From Dimorphilus gyrociliatus (taxonomy: Eukaryota > Animalia > Annelida), in contig CAJFCJ010000001.1 of assembly GCA_904063045.1 (NCBI GenBank), positions 1,426,001-1,490,000 of the forward strand: 64,000 nt of DNA, given 5' to 3'. The notes below the pieces were generated by a model that saw nothing but the letters and a program-made list of their open reading frames with translations, searched no databases and was not told the DNA's origin. Shown here piece by piece: positions 48,996-61,974 of this stretch. The first letter of the stretch is position 1. Every line of letters begins with the position of its first letter. The position numbers and the translations under genes were made by a program.

Positions 48996-51900
48996 CCCTA
49001 CGACTCATGAAGGTACGTTAATTTTCTATAATATCTAAGCATTACAGCCAAATATCTTCTTCTGCTACATGTCAACATAAGGATTAAATTTCAATAATAA
49101 TGCATGATGCTCTAATATTTTATGAAAAGAACAATTATACCTCTTAAAATAGTTGCCGAAGTACTACGGCAGAATCGATAAATCGTAGTAAAAACGTTTC
49201 AAAATTAAGTCCAATTGTGTAAGAACGTGTTGTTTCGAAATCCGCCACAGTGAAATGTACTGTTCTTATATCGTTAAAATAGTAGCAAGTCGCTTGACAT
49301 GTCTATATCAACAAAAACATTAACTATTTCAGATATTGAGAATCAGGTTCGGGAGTTACAGGAAAAAAGAAGGGCTGTGAATGTAACTCGTGATGATGAA
49401 GGGAATGCCAGAATTGCAATGGGAGAAAGCGGATATTACGATAAAGATATCTACGGTGGCAGTTCAAAAGCAAATTATGGAGGTTACGTAGATTCAATTG
49501 CTGCTAATGATGATATTGATGATGACGAGGATGAACATTTTGCACCTCAACTTGGTAAAAAAGTTCAATATACAGCCCCACTCAATCAGCTAAGTGATTT
49601 ATCAAGAGAGGAAAGAGATCATGATCCTCTAGCCGGTCGACGAATTCCTAAAGTAATCGACAAAGAAGATGACTATAGAAAAAGGAGACTTAATCAGCAA
49701 CTCTCTCCTTCTCGATATGATCCTTTTGCAGGGGATAAGACACCAGATGTTCGCTCCGAACGTAGAAGTTACGCAGATATTCTAAGAGATAATCAGTTGA
49801 AAGCTCGTGAATATGATCTCAAGCAGCAAATGATTGAAAAGGCCAAGGAAGGAACTTTAAAGGCAACAAATGGAGATATTGTATCTAAACCAAAAAAGAG
49901 AATAGGACGATGGGATCAGCCAAGTGATGCTGATGGTACTCCTGCTGCCAAGAAAACCAGTTGGGATGAAGCAGCTACTCCCCATGTTGCTAGATGGGAT
50001 GAAACACCAGCCAGACTGAAATCTGGAGCAGAAACACCATCTCAAAAAATGTGGGATAGTACACCTGGACCAATGACTCCGGGTGGAGAGACACCTGGTC
50101 ACACAACTACACCAAGCGCTAGAAGAAATCGTTGGGATGAGACACCTAGAGCAGGAGCAGAAACTCCGGCCCAAAGCGGTTGGGCAGAAACTCCTAGAGC
50201 AGATCGAGGATCCGATAGTATACAAGACACTCCATCAGCTCAACAAGCAAAAAGAAGATCGAGATGGGATGAAACTCCAGCGATGACACCTCAAACAGGA
50301 GCAGTAACGCCAGGAATGACTCCAAGCATGACCCCAGGAGCCATGACACCATCTGGTCTCGGCGCTGGTCAACATACTCCTGGCACGTTTACACCAACTG
50401 GCGCGCCGGGTGTCTACACACCTATGGGTTTGACACCATCAGGTCAAACTCCTTCTGGATCTAAAGCGATGGGAATGGCTACTCCAACGCCAGGCCACCT
50501 TGTATCTATGACACCTGAACAGATGCAAGCATTTAATTGGCAAAGAGAAATTGATGAGAGAAATGGTCCATTAACTGATGAGGAATTAGATGCCAAGTTT
50601 CCACCAGGATACAAAATTTTGGCTCCTCCAGCAGGATATATACCAATAAGAACACCCGGTCGCAAACTTACAGCAACTCCAACACCCTTCTTAGGAGGAA
50701 CTCCATCAGGATTCAAAATGCAAACACCGGATCAAAAAACAACGATGGTTGATCTGCAACCCAAGGGACAAAATCTACCTATGATGAAGCCTGATGACAT
50801 GCAATATTTTGATAAACTATTGGTAGATGTTGATGAAGACAACCTTCCCCCAGAAGAAGCAAAAGAAAGAAAGATTATGAAACTCCTACTTAAAGTTAAA
50901 AATGGCACGCCACCAATGAGAAAATCAGCTTTGCGACAGTTAACTGACAAAGCCAGAGAATTTGGAGCTGGACCTCTGTTTAATCAAATACTTCCCTTGC
51001 TAATGTCACCAACGTTAGAAGATCAAGAGCGTCATTTACTGGTTAAGGTTATTGACAGAGTTCTCTACAAATTGGATGATTTAGTTAGGCCGTACGTTCA
51101 TAAAATTCTTGTGGTTATTGAACCCCTATTAATCGACGAAGATTACTATGCACGTGTGGAAGGTCGTGAAATTATATCAAATTTGGCTAAAGCTGCCGGA
51201 TTGGCAACAATGATCTCTACAATGAGACCTGACATAGATAATATGGATGAGTACGTAAGAAATACTACAGCCAGAGCTTTTGCAGTAGTAGCTTCTGCTT
51301 TGGGAATTCCTGCTCTCTTGCCTTTCCTCAAAGCTGTTTGCAGAAGTAAGAAAAGTTGGCAAGCAAGACATACAGGCATAAAAATCATTCAACAAATAGC
51401 CATTCTGATGGGATGCGCTGTCTTACCTCACTTGCGATCACTGGTTGATATTATCGAACACGGTTTAGTTGATGAACAGCAAAAAGTGCGAACAATCACA
51501 GCTTTGGCTTTGGCTGCCCTTGCAGAAGCTGCTACTCCATATGGTATAGAGAGTTTTGACGCTGTATTAAAACCTTTGTGGAAAGGAATAAGACAGCATC
51601 GAGGTAAAGGTCTGGCTGCTTTTTTAAAAGCTATTGGTTACCTTATTCCATTGATGGACGCCGAATATGCCAATTATTACACCAGAGAAGTAATGTTGAT
51701 TTTGATTAGAGAATTTCAGTCTCCTGACGAAGAAATGAAAAAGATCGTTTTAAAAGTTGTAAAGCAATGTTGTGCAACTGATGGTGTTGAGGCACAATAT
51801 ATTAAGGAAGAAATTCTACCGCCCTTCTTCAAACATTTTTGGAATCAAAGAATGGCTCTCGACAGGAGAAATTACCGACAGTTAGTTGACACCACTGTTG

Positions 51901-53297
51901 AAATTGGTATGAAAGTGGGAGCATCAGAGCTGGTTTCACGAATTGTTGACGATCTGAAGGATGAAAGCGAACAATATAGGCGTATGGTAATGGAAACCAT
52001 CGATAAAACTCTTTCTACCCTTGGAGCTTCAGATATAGATTCAAGACTGGAAGAACAGTTAATTGACGGTATTTTATATGCTTTTCAAGAACAAACCAGT
52101 GCTGGAGATGCTGATAACGCAGTTATGTTAAATGGTTTTGGAACTGTTGTGGTTGCGCTTGGAAGGCGAGTTAAACCATACTTGCCTCAAATATGTGGTA
52201 CAATTTTATGGCGTCTCAACAACAAAGCTGCCAAGGTCAGACAACAAGCTGCAGATTTAATTGGTCGAATCGCGGTTGTTATGAAAACATGTGAAGAAGA
52301 AAAATTAATGGGTCATTTAGGTGTTGTTCTTTACGAATATTTAGGTGAGGAATATCCTGAAGTACTTGGTTCCATAATTGCAGCTCTTAAAGCTATTGTA
52401 AATGTAATTGGTATGTCACGTATGACACCTCCTATAAAGGATTTATTACCTCGATTGACACCAATCTTGAAAAATCGCCACGAAAAGGTCCAAGAGAATT
52501 GTATTGATTTAGTTGGAAGAATTGCAGATAGAGGAGCAGAATTTGTTTCTGCAAGGGAATGGATGAGAATATGCTTCGAATTGCTTGAATTACTAAAAGC
52601 TCACAAAAAAGCAATAAGAAGAGCAACTGTCAATACTTTCGGTTATATAGCAAAAGCCATTGGTCCTCATGATGTTTTAGGGACTCTTTTGAATAATTTA
52701 AAAGTTCAAGAGAGACAAAACCGTGTATGCACAACAGTAGCCATTGCAATTGTTGCGGAGACATGTTCACCTTTCACTGTTTTACCAGCATTAATGAATG
52801 AATACAGAGTACGAGAACTTAACGTTCAAAACGGAGTCTTGAAAGCTTTGTCATTCATGTTCGAATACGTTGGAGAAATGGGAAAAGACTATATCTATGC
52901 TGTGGCTCCTTTATTTGAGGATGCATTGATGGATAGAGATCTTGTCCACAGGCAAACAGCTATGTTTGCTGTTCAACATTTAGCTCTTGGAGTGGCTGGA
53001 TTGGGATGTGAAGATGCACTACAACATTTAATAAATTATGTTTGGCCAAATATACTGGAAAGTTCACCTCACGTTGTTCAAGCATTTATGGGCTGCGTGG
53101 ATGGCTTTCGATTATCTCTTGGTCCCGCAAGAGTTCTCAACTATACTCTTTCTGGACTCTTCCATCCAGCAAGAAAAGTAAGGCATGTATATTGGAAAGT
53201 TTACAATAGCGTTTATATAGGAGCTCAAGACGCATTAGTTGCAGCCTACCCAAGAATTCCGGGCTTTTCAAGACATGAACTGGACTATATGCTGTAG
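48988..53297 (+). CDS. SF3B1: Splicing factor 3B subunit 1 (two exons: 48988-49012 and 49333-53297)
   Basis: MAAPTTHE|DIENQVRE; RWDETP (ULM) and TP repeats; highly conserved HEAT repeats; E622/R625/H662/K666/K700/R1074-equivalent residues are wild type. The ORF track ATG at 49299 is intronic. Confidence 0.97.
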
Positions 53298-53760
53298 ATT
53301 GCGTTGTTTTCATATTTTGTGAAAAGTTGATTTAAGAATATTTCATTTTATGTGTTTGTAAATTTTGGATTGTGTAACATTTAAAAGAAGTGCACGTGAT
53401 ATCTCGAACATAGCGGTTTTTATATCATCCATATGTAATATATATATATATATATATACATATATTACATTTACCAATGTACAAGCTTGATATCTCTCAC
53501 CTCCAAAAAAAATGGAAAGAGAAAATAAATAGTTATTACATATAAATGTACAAATTTTTAACATAAATACTGTATATTATAGATGAAACGGATGTGATTC
53601 CATCAAATACTTAACATTCAAATTGAACATAAAAATCACTTTGGAAGCATCATATCAAGTTTGATAATTATAAAATCATGGTTTCTTGTCAAGAAATCTC
53701 TCTAAACTTCCCTAGTTCCGACTTTAACAAAGTTTTATTATTGCTAGGTATGCTAATAAA

Positions 53761-55146
53761 TTATGAGATAATGGTTTCTATAACTCCTGAATTGGTTTGG
53801 AATTTCTTCTGCTTTTTAATTGGCATTGGAAGATGAGTATTTTCATCGTTGAATATTTCGTTGAGACAATCATTCTCCAAATTTGAAAGTCTCCTTTTAT
53901 TTTCTATCATATCCTTTGAAGGAGTACTTTTGTGATCTTTGAAATCTTTATTGTTATCGACAAACATCGTTAATGGTTGTTTAGGTTCCGCTTGTTCTGT
54001 TAACTTTTTTACGTGAACGTTTCTAGTATGTACTCTAAGACTTCGAGCATCAGGAAATGACAAATCGCAGCTTGCGCAAAAATTTCGTTCGTTTTTGTGC
54101 CTTCTTAACTTGATCACTGAAGAAATATTGTAAAATTTTATCCATTGGCCAAATTAATTCTACTAGATAAAAAATAAAAATTACCTGAGCATGTATGATT
54201 CTTAACTAAAGTACTTGATCGGAATTTTCTCTTGCACTTTTTACAATTGAACGCAACTAATTTTGCCGTAACTGAATGATAAAATTTGTCATGACTTCTT
54301 TGCATTGGAGAATTTTTTTCTAATAAAGTTTGTCTCTCACACAAAGAACATTGTACTAGTTGACCTAGTCCAACTTTCAGAATACTATATTTTTTATCTT
54401 TAAAACATTCCTTCTTCATTTTTCTTAAATCTTTAAAGATTTTCTGTTTTATAGCTTTATCGTTATGTTCCAAAACGAGGTGACATTGACAAGAAAATAA
54501 CGATGTAAATAGTAGTTTGCAAGTTTTACAACAATACGTTTGATTAAATTTCGCCATGCCTGTAGGCAAATTAATCTTCAGTAAACAGCTATTCTTCTCA
54601 GTCTGGTAATCCAATGCTGCAATCAAAACAATGAATGAATTACAGAAAAATAGTAATGTGAAAAGTTAATTGAAAATTTAAAAAACTATAAAGGAAATTT
54701 ATTGAAGAGTCACAATCAGTTGGCTACAATAATCAATTTTTAATTTAAATAAATATACTAATAATATACTTACGTTCTTTAAAAGGAATAGAAATAAAAG
54801 TAGCCTTATTCTTTTTCAATTTCATTTGTTCAACAATTGACATATTTATATCGAGTTCTGTGTTTATCAAAGGATTTTCAGAACCTTTTGGTTCTGGTAT
54901 CCAATCAAAATAATTTATATTATTAATTTCTCGAGCCATGCCCATACTCGTTGAAGATAAGTTTAAAGTTTCAAAAAACTTAACAGCCTCTTCGTCACAT
55001 TCTACAGTTTGAGTTTGACTTGATCTACTGTTCTCATTCCATGAATTATAGTTCTTAATTTCAACAGAACTTTTGACACTTTTTTGATTTTTTCTTATGA
55101 AAAAATTAGTAACTGTGGCATTCTTTAGTGGCGATAGAGGATTCAT
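53761..55146 (-). CDS. C2H2 zinc-finger protein (about four fingers), 5' end uncertain
   Basis: Three exons splice in phase 1. Fingers: CKTCKLLFTSLFSCQCHLVLEH, CSLC...SHDKFYH, CKKCKRKFRSSTLVKNHTC and CASCDLSFPDARSLRVHTRNVH. Confidence 0.7.
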
Positions 55147-55834
55147 TAAGACTGAAACAGGTAAAGTTCAATTGATAAATACCTTTCAAGGTAAGACGTC
55201 TAAGATCTAAACACATAAAATGAATAGTCTATGTCTAACCATCCATCACAATATCTTAAAACATATGTACTTTAAAGGCAGCAAGTTCAAATTTGCAAAA
55301 TCAATAACAAAATCTTTTTTTAAGTTGAACTTAGCCCAAATTGTTTGTACAATTGTAACAAATTATTATTGTTATATACATATCCTTTCGAAGGATTGAA
55401 TAGTTTACATCAGCCAAGGCAGCCAATTGCTTCATTTTGTTTTTGTATAGAATAGTTATATTCTATTTAAAGATATCAGAAAAGAAATCCAACAATGAAA
55501 AGTTCACTCAAATGATGTAAGATGTAACAAGTTTGAACCAGGTTTTTTTTATTTTTCGTCTAAAATTATATCATCAAAATTATCCACAAAAATTTAGTAT
55601 ATTATAAAAATCTACAGGATGTATGCAGGATATATGGTTTCAACACATCATGCCATACTAAAATCATTCCATTATATATCTATTTATTTATAGTCATATT
55701 TACAGTATATTATAGATCCTCTATCAAATAAAAGCAAAAAATTGTCATTATCAGTGTCAATAAGCGCAATGAATTCTCTATACTTACAGATTTTTGAGGA
55801 TACCTTGCTTTGTGTGTAACATCTCTGTGATGCC

Positions 55835-55960
55835 TTTTATAGATGGCAGCACTGCTGATATTATAAAACTTCAATATGGCTGCTGCACCGATGACTCATT
55901 CATTTAATTTCAAGCAAGATATCCTCAATGATGACTCATTCAAACTAAGACATTACGTCA
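55835..55960 (-). promoter_or_regulatory. TATA-box promoter with two AP-1 sites and a CRE/ATF-like site upstream of the zinc-finger gene
   Basis: Minus-strand TATAAAA at 55841-55835, followed by a short leader and a gtaagt donor near 55787; TGACTCA at 55892-55898 and 55932-55938; TTACGTCA at 55953-55960. Confidence 0.55.
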
Positions 55961-56429
55961 GTTACACTTTTCGAATTATGGCAGTTTCCTCAATATTTTT
56001 ACTTAACAGTTAAACTCAAGTACAAATTTTATTAAAAGGAATATATTTATTCCCAAAAAAATTATTTTAATAGCCTTGAAAATGGCAAACCAAACTGCGC
56101 AACTTATGGACAATCAAAACACTAGTTGCAAATGTACAATTGCACAATTTAATGATTTACATAGGTTTTATTTACTCCATTTAGTATTCTTTCATATAAT
56201 GACGTTATCCTACAACGTTTTCCTAGTGTAAAAAGCAAATATTTTTGGCAAATTTCTGGCCTTGTCTGTGCACTCACAACATTAGAACAGTATTTTTTAT
56301 GTCTATAGGTATTAGAACAGTAGCTAGCATGTCTTTATAACACTAATTATTGTTGTCCTATGCTAGATGGTTTAATGATTAATGGATATATGGGCGCAAG
56401 ATAGGTAAACAAAGCTATCAATCAACAAG

Positions 56430-56620
56430 CTAATAAAAGCCCCATGTACTGCGTTGTACGGTAATTGTAGGAACCTCGAGTTCGTTACGATCGAATTCGT
56501 CCTCACCAATCATTTACCAATAAACCAAAGTACTGGTCCAAATAGAACCTTTCAAGTTCGTCCCACAGGTAGTCTCAACGAACCCAATTCCGGCAAAAAT
56601 TAATCAATGAACCGCCAGTA
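56430..56620 (-). mobile_element. Possible decayed Tc1/mariner transposase C-terminal fragment
   Basis: With a frameshift the minus strand reads PELGSVE-YLWDELER...LVNDW, resembling the SPDLNPIEHLWDELER catalytic motif; stops and frameshifts are present and no TIRs were found. Confidence 0.3.
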
Positions 56621-57129
56621 TTTCGTGTAAGAGTATGTATTGAGTATAATGAGTTTTAGTTCTAAACAAGCAAGTTTAAACAACTAGCTAACAGTTAAAA
56701 CTGAACTGACGAACTGAGGAAATGCATTTCCTTTTATACATTTACCAAAGCTTTGGTTCAATTGTTCAAAGGAACGCAAAGTTGAAATGTAACGATCTTA
56801 CAATGAACGTACAACAAAGGTATGAAAAACAGTCATATCATATGCTTGTGGTACAAGCCTTAGTTTTCAGCATTTTGTTCCGAGAATTATACTTTGTGCG
56901 AACTAAAAGCCTTCTAATTCCACTAAATAAAGGTCTTTCTTAGGTTTGGGTTATTAATTCCATCAAATAATGGTTTTTTCTAATATTCCACTATTCTAAT
57001 TCCCTTAAAATAAGATCTATCTAAAGTCTTTATATTATAATTCCAAAGTGCACACCCCAAGTTCTTTAAATCAACCAAAAGGTGAAGATGACTCAAAATA
57101 GCTCGTATTTCCAATGTTTGTCAAGGTTC

Positions 57130-58150
57130 CGCTATAACCAGCCCCTTAATGACCGATGAAGATTATTGTGCACAAGCGCATAGCTAAACCCAAAATTAGA
57201 TGTAGATGATCATAATTTGTTATTAGTTTGCAGTGGACAAATATGGTTTAACATAGAGCAACTGTACCTTGATGCCTTCTTTGGTAGAGTTAATCAAGGT
57301 ACAGATGTATAAACAGGATCAGTAATCTGGTCGTAGTAGTCATTTGTGTGGTGATGTGGCGTTCATAACTTAGTGATATGTCTTGTTGGTATAGTATCTA
57401 AGACTTATTCAATACACTATATTTGGAACATACTGGTATTTCATTTATACTCTTCGGTGAACAATGGTGTAGAGGAACTCTGGAAAGTTATTATTATGGA
57501 CTTAATTGATATCTAAAGGACTTTATAAAATGTTTTTATCGTCGAGAACATCTGACACCTATCATTGCACTAAACTTCAGATACACTAAAGTTCTACGTT
57601 CAAAAATAGTATTCATGTGTAACTGAGGACAACAACACAGTACGTAAACAAGAGTACGATAAAAAACAAACAAACAACATATCATACCATCAGTTTCGAA
57701 CTAGTCACATACTTTAGTTGGAAAGTGCTGAAATGGCTGTGATATACTTTACTACTTTTTGTACTTTATTCCGAGTTGATTTCGACACCAACAATGTCTT
57801 TTACATTTAGATCATTCGTATTACTCAACTTCAGAGCCCTTGTGAAAGTAGAACAAGAACTTTTCAACATCATATCTCCTGTACACATGTACATACTTAA
57901 ACCTAGATATAGATATTCTTGAATATAGTTTGTTATTAGTTTGCAGTGGGAAATGGCAAAGGGAATAAATGCTATCGATAAAGGGAAGCTGGTGTTGAAG
58001 CTTATTTCGTTTATCTATCCACACTCCAGGTATGATAGGAGTGCAACGCTTACCAATAGTAATAAACAGCCCAATAAGCAATGACTAAATGAAATATCGT
58101 ACTACCAACAAAAGCATCAAGGGACAGTTGTATAAACAGGATAAGTTATC
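57130..58150 (-). mobile_element. Two diverged fragments of a probable non-LTR retrotransposon RT region
   Basis: Shared blocks tttgttattagtttgcagtgg (about 57217 and 57929) and atcaaggNacagNtgtataaacaggat (about 57293 and 58117). The minus strand reads IIPGVW...FPLQTNNKLYSRI, like the IP..WK...RPISLQ...YKLY segment of non-LTR RTs; in-frame stops are present. Confidence 0.4.
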
Positions 58151-61100
58151 TTTGTACACTAATGAGCCTATTCAAGAGACTTGCACACCAATAAACACCC
58201 TAATGGTAGACGTGCGAAGTTAGCCTTTCACACATGCCATTTCCTTTCACTACTGTTGATGTTCTTGTTGTTTCTAATATAACCTTGCTAGTCTAATATA
58301 AGTTAATTTCAAAGTATATTCATATACAGCTATTTAAATATTTAATTACACGTATGTGCACAGTACTTTTAATCTATTTTGATTTGCACGATTCTACAAA
58401 GTACTCCAAGTACCCGAGAATTAGCAGCTAATACCAGATTAGTCATTACTTATATCCTGTTTGAGTTGAAAGTGATAGCAAATGCTTTATAACATATTTG
58501 AATGAACTAATAAAGTTTATCTTCGGCTAAATAATTAATGAAATAATAACCAAACCTTCACATGTCAACCATTACACAATAAGCTATACAAAATCCTCGT
58601 TTTAAGTAAACTTGATCTTTTTTTAGATATCGACTAAAAAATGAACATTTCCCCAATTTGAAACTGTTATAAATACTTATTACTAACCTTTTAATAGTGT
58701 TTGTCTTGTAAACCGAAATAGAGTAATAATCCTATGATACATTAAAGAAGAAAAGGTTCTTTTTTTAAAGAAAGACTAAAATTTTATACACTCTTATCAT
58801 ATACACAAACAATTTAAAAGAACTGAAAACAATATACTGAGTTGTGTCAAGTGCTCAAACTGAGTATATGCATATGTATTGTTTACAGAAATGACTCATA
58901 CCAAATCATCCAAACATATTTGAAAGTTATCCTATAAATAAAAAAAATTAACCTTGTGAACGTTGTTCTTTCATCTTCTTCTGTTTTTAAAAGTAAATAG
59001 ACATGTGCACAAATGATACTTTTCAAAATGATTATAGCTAGTAATTGAATATTTACCCACTCATGGTTATTTTACTTTGAAAATACGAGTATATATTCTT
59101 GTTGTATTACTAAGACTTGGTTATTGCTTAATACAATTTTTCGAAAGCAAAAAATTCTTTTATTCCAAAAAAAATATAACTACCAGTTTTCATTGGGAAC
59201 AAAATCCTCTATTGTATTGAGCTATGCATTGAAAGTGTTACTTAATTAAATTACTATATTAGTTTTCTTTAATTGGAATCATAATAACGAAAAAATTTAT
59301 ATTTTTTTTAACTGCGAAATTGAAATGTAGTGGGCCAAATTAAAAAAAAAAATGTAAACTTTACTGGATTTTGCTTATTGTAATTGTAGAAGTTTTTCAT
59401 TTATCTAACCGAAGTTAGAATTATCGAGTTTTATTCACTTGCCAATATTTCAAACTACTGTTCAATTAGAACATCAATTTCGTTCACAAATATGTTGATA
59501 ATATTCGATAGTCAAAGTATTTATGAAAACTGTCAATGGTAATTCTGGATTTCGCCAAAAAGAATATACACCGATATTATTGATGTAACTAGAGGCTAAA
59601 AAACAAGAACTGCGTAACCTTATTCAAACGGAATTCGGAAGGTGAAATGTAATAATTTCCGATTTCGTATACAGTATAATGAACATTTTAATCAAACACG
59701 ATGGCCAATTACATAAAGTTATTAAGAGTACATATAGACTCGCCAGATGTTTTTGTATAAAATGAAACCAATCTGTAATGCTCATATATAGTATTACGTA
59801 AAATGTAATAGTTATGATAAGTATCTTTTAATGTTCTTTGTTCTTTTGCAAATTCAATATTTCTTCGAGTTCGAATGGTGTAATTTTCTAATTCCTACAA
59901 AATATATTCCTTTCTGAAAGTCCATTTCGCTGAAAGTCAATTATATATTCTTCCTCGTATTATAATTGCCAAATCCTCGAAATCAATATTCGGCTACTTC
60001 ACAGTGCTCAATTAAAGTAAATACAAATATGTTGAATTATAATAGTTAAGATTATTGAAAGAGGCATCACCTTCCCAACTCTTGTAAGCTTTCTTTCTCA
60101 TTCGGTGAAAATAGGATTAAAATTTTATTTGAACTAAATAAAAGAAACGACAAAGTACAGTGACTTTATTTTTTCAAACGTAGATTAAGATTGTAACGTA
60201 ATTTCGGATTATGATTCAAAGTATAAAACAATAATAAATCTTATAGAGATCCATAAACAATTCTATTCAATCTTGTAAATAATTGCTAAACTAATGAATA
60301 ATTAGATGAAATATTCACAAGAAAAAGCACTTATCAAAATTGAAAGTTGTATACAATTTTGAAATGTTTACATTTTCGAATAGCCTAAAAGTGAAAAGTC
60401 GTAATTAACTAATAATTTTAACCTTGAAGGCTCCTTTCAAAGATAAAAACAATTTAAATGGAAATTGTCATAATTAGATCTTTTCTAGATGGCAATAAAA
60501 GAAATTGTGTTTTGAATTAGTTGGTTATTACTTTTTGGTTTGGAATAATGGGTTTTTTTTATGGTCGTGTTAAGATGCCTGTTTTATTTGTTTCTGCTTG
60601 TTTTTTCTCATTTAAATAGTTATAGTACCAGTTATCTTAAAGAAATATCCAATATATCTTAGCTTAAAATATGTATAGCTATTTTTAAATTTTGTGTATT
60701 TTGGTATTTTTATAACTATGCCAACCCCTCCCTAATCTGTATTTCCGGTTACAAGTCATATATACTTCATGTAAAAATATTCATAATACGAACTTTGTCA
60801 AGATATACAGATCGTTATCAGTAATATCCCATTATAATTGATCCATTTGCTCGTCAACTACGGGAATTTTCACAAGCATTTGCCCTGTTACGATTCTGTA
60901 CACAAAACAAAGCATGTAAAACTATATCATTAATCGCAAAGCTGCTAAAAACATTATGCACTTAACCGAGTACAATATTAAGCAGAAGCCTTCCAAATAA
61001 GGTTTACTTTAGTCGACAAACAATCAAACAAAAAATTCGCCTTTTTTTTGTTATACGCAATGTTATGTTATTAACAATGGATAAAAAGAAACTATTTAAT

Positions 61101-61974
61101 AAACTTACAAAGCAAGAAAGAGAGAGAGTGGAAATAAGTTACACAACGAGTTAAAGCCTATAGTAAAAAAAATTGTGATAAGTTATGTAAGAAATAAAGA
61201 CAGAAAGAAATAAACTCTTTATGTAATATATTCTATATTAGGCTGAATATAAGTTGATCAATTACCAATTTTTTTAATAATAATTGTAAAATATGTAATA
61301 TAGTACACTTAGCTCTTGTTTAATTGAAACCTTTTTTGGTCAATAACGCGATAATACAAATGTCTAACAAAATGGTTAAAAGTGCACAAGTCCAGTAGAA
61401 GTAAACCACCCAAAGGATATTTTACATTGTACAAGGCGTACACTGGTACGGCAAGGCTCCTCGTTCAGGTTTATTCTATTAATTTTATGCTCAAACACTC
61501 TATTATCGCTCTCTTTTTTTAAATATTATATCTCTTAAATATAGTTGAAAATTAATTAATTAATTTTATTACATTATAATTGTAATGATAAATGAAATGA
61601 CTATTTTTTTATTACTGTTTTTAGGATTTTTGGAAATATGTAAAAAAATATCAAGTGGTATTTAACAATAAGATTTGAAAGATTTTCTCAGATCTTTGCA
61701 GACAAGTGTGACACCAAGACCTATTTCAAACACAACGTTTTTCTGAAAATAATAAGGAACATTTTTGCTCCGTTAGAAGAAGAGTGATCGTTTCAAAGAT
61801 AATAAAACGATCAAGGAATTTTCTTCAGAAAAAAACCAGGTTAGCAATAGTATGTATGTTTAACGAAAGTTATGGAACATAGAATGCTCTATTCCTATAA
61901 TAACAAAAAGAGCTCTTTTTGCATATATGTTTTGGTTAAGCATTCTCTATCAACTTTTTTATTAAGCAGAAAAT

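Noticed and set aside
48817-49008. 63-aa antisense ORF over SF3B1 exon 1
   Set aside because: No homology-like motifs; overlaps a promoter and a conserved exon.
49299-49332. ORF-track SF3B1 start [11 protein letters not shown]
   Set aside because: It lies in the intron; the conserved start is 48988 (MAAPTTHE|D).
50700-53200. Possible SF3B1 hotspot or drug-resistance substitutions
   Set aside because: Residues equivalent to E622, R625, H662, K666, K700 and R1074 are all wild type.
55152-55246. N-terminal extension of the zinc-finger gene (MDDLRRLTLKV) via 31- and 33-nt introns
   Set aside because: The frame fits, but both introns are far shorter than any other in the window; not accepted without cDNA.
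59400-60060. Coding-like fragments on both strands with scattered stops
   Set aside because: Not identifiable by eye; they may be decayed elements, but no feature can be supported.
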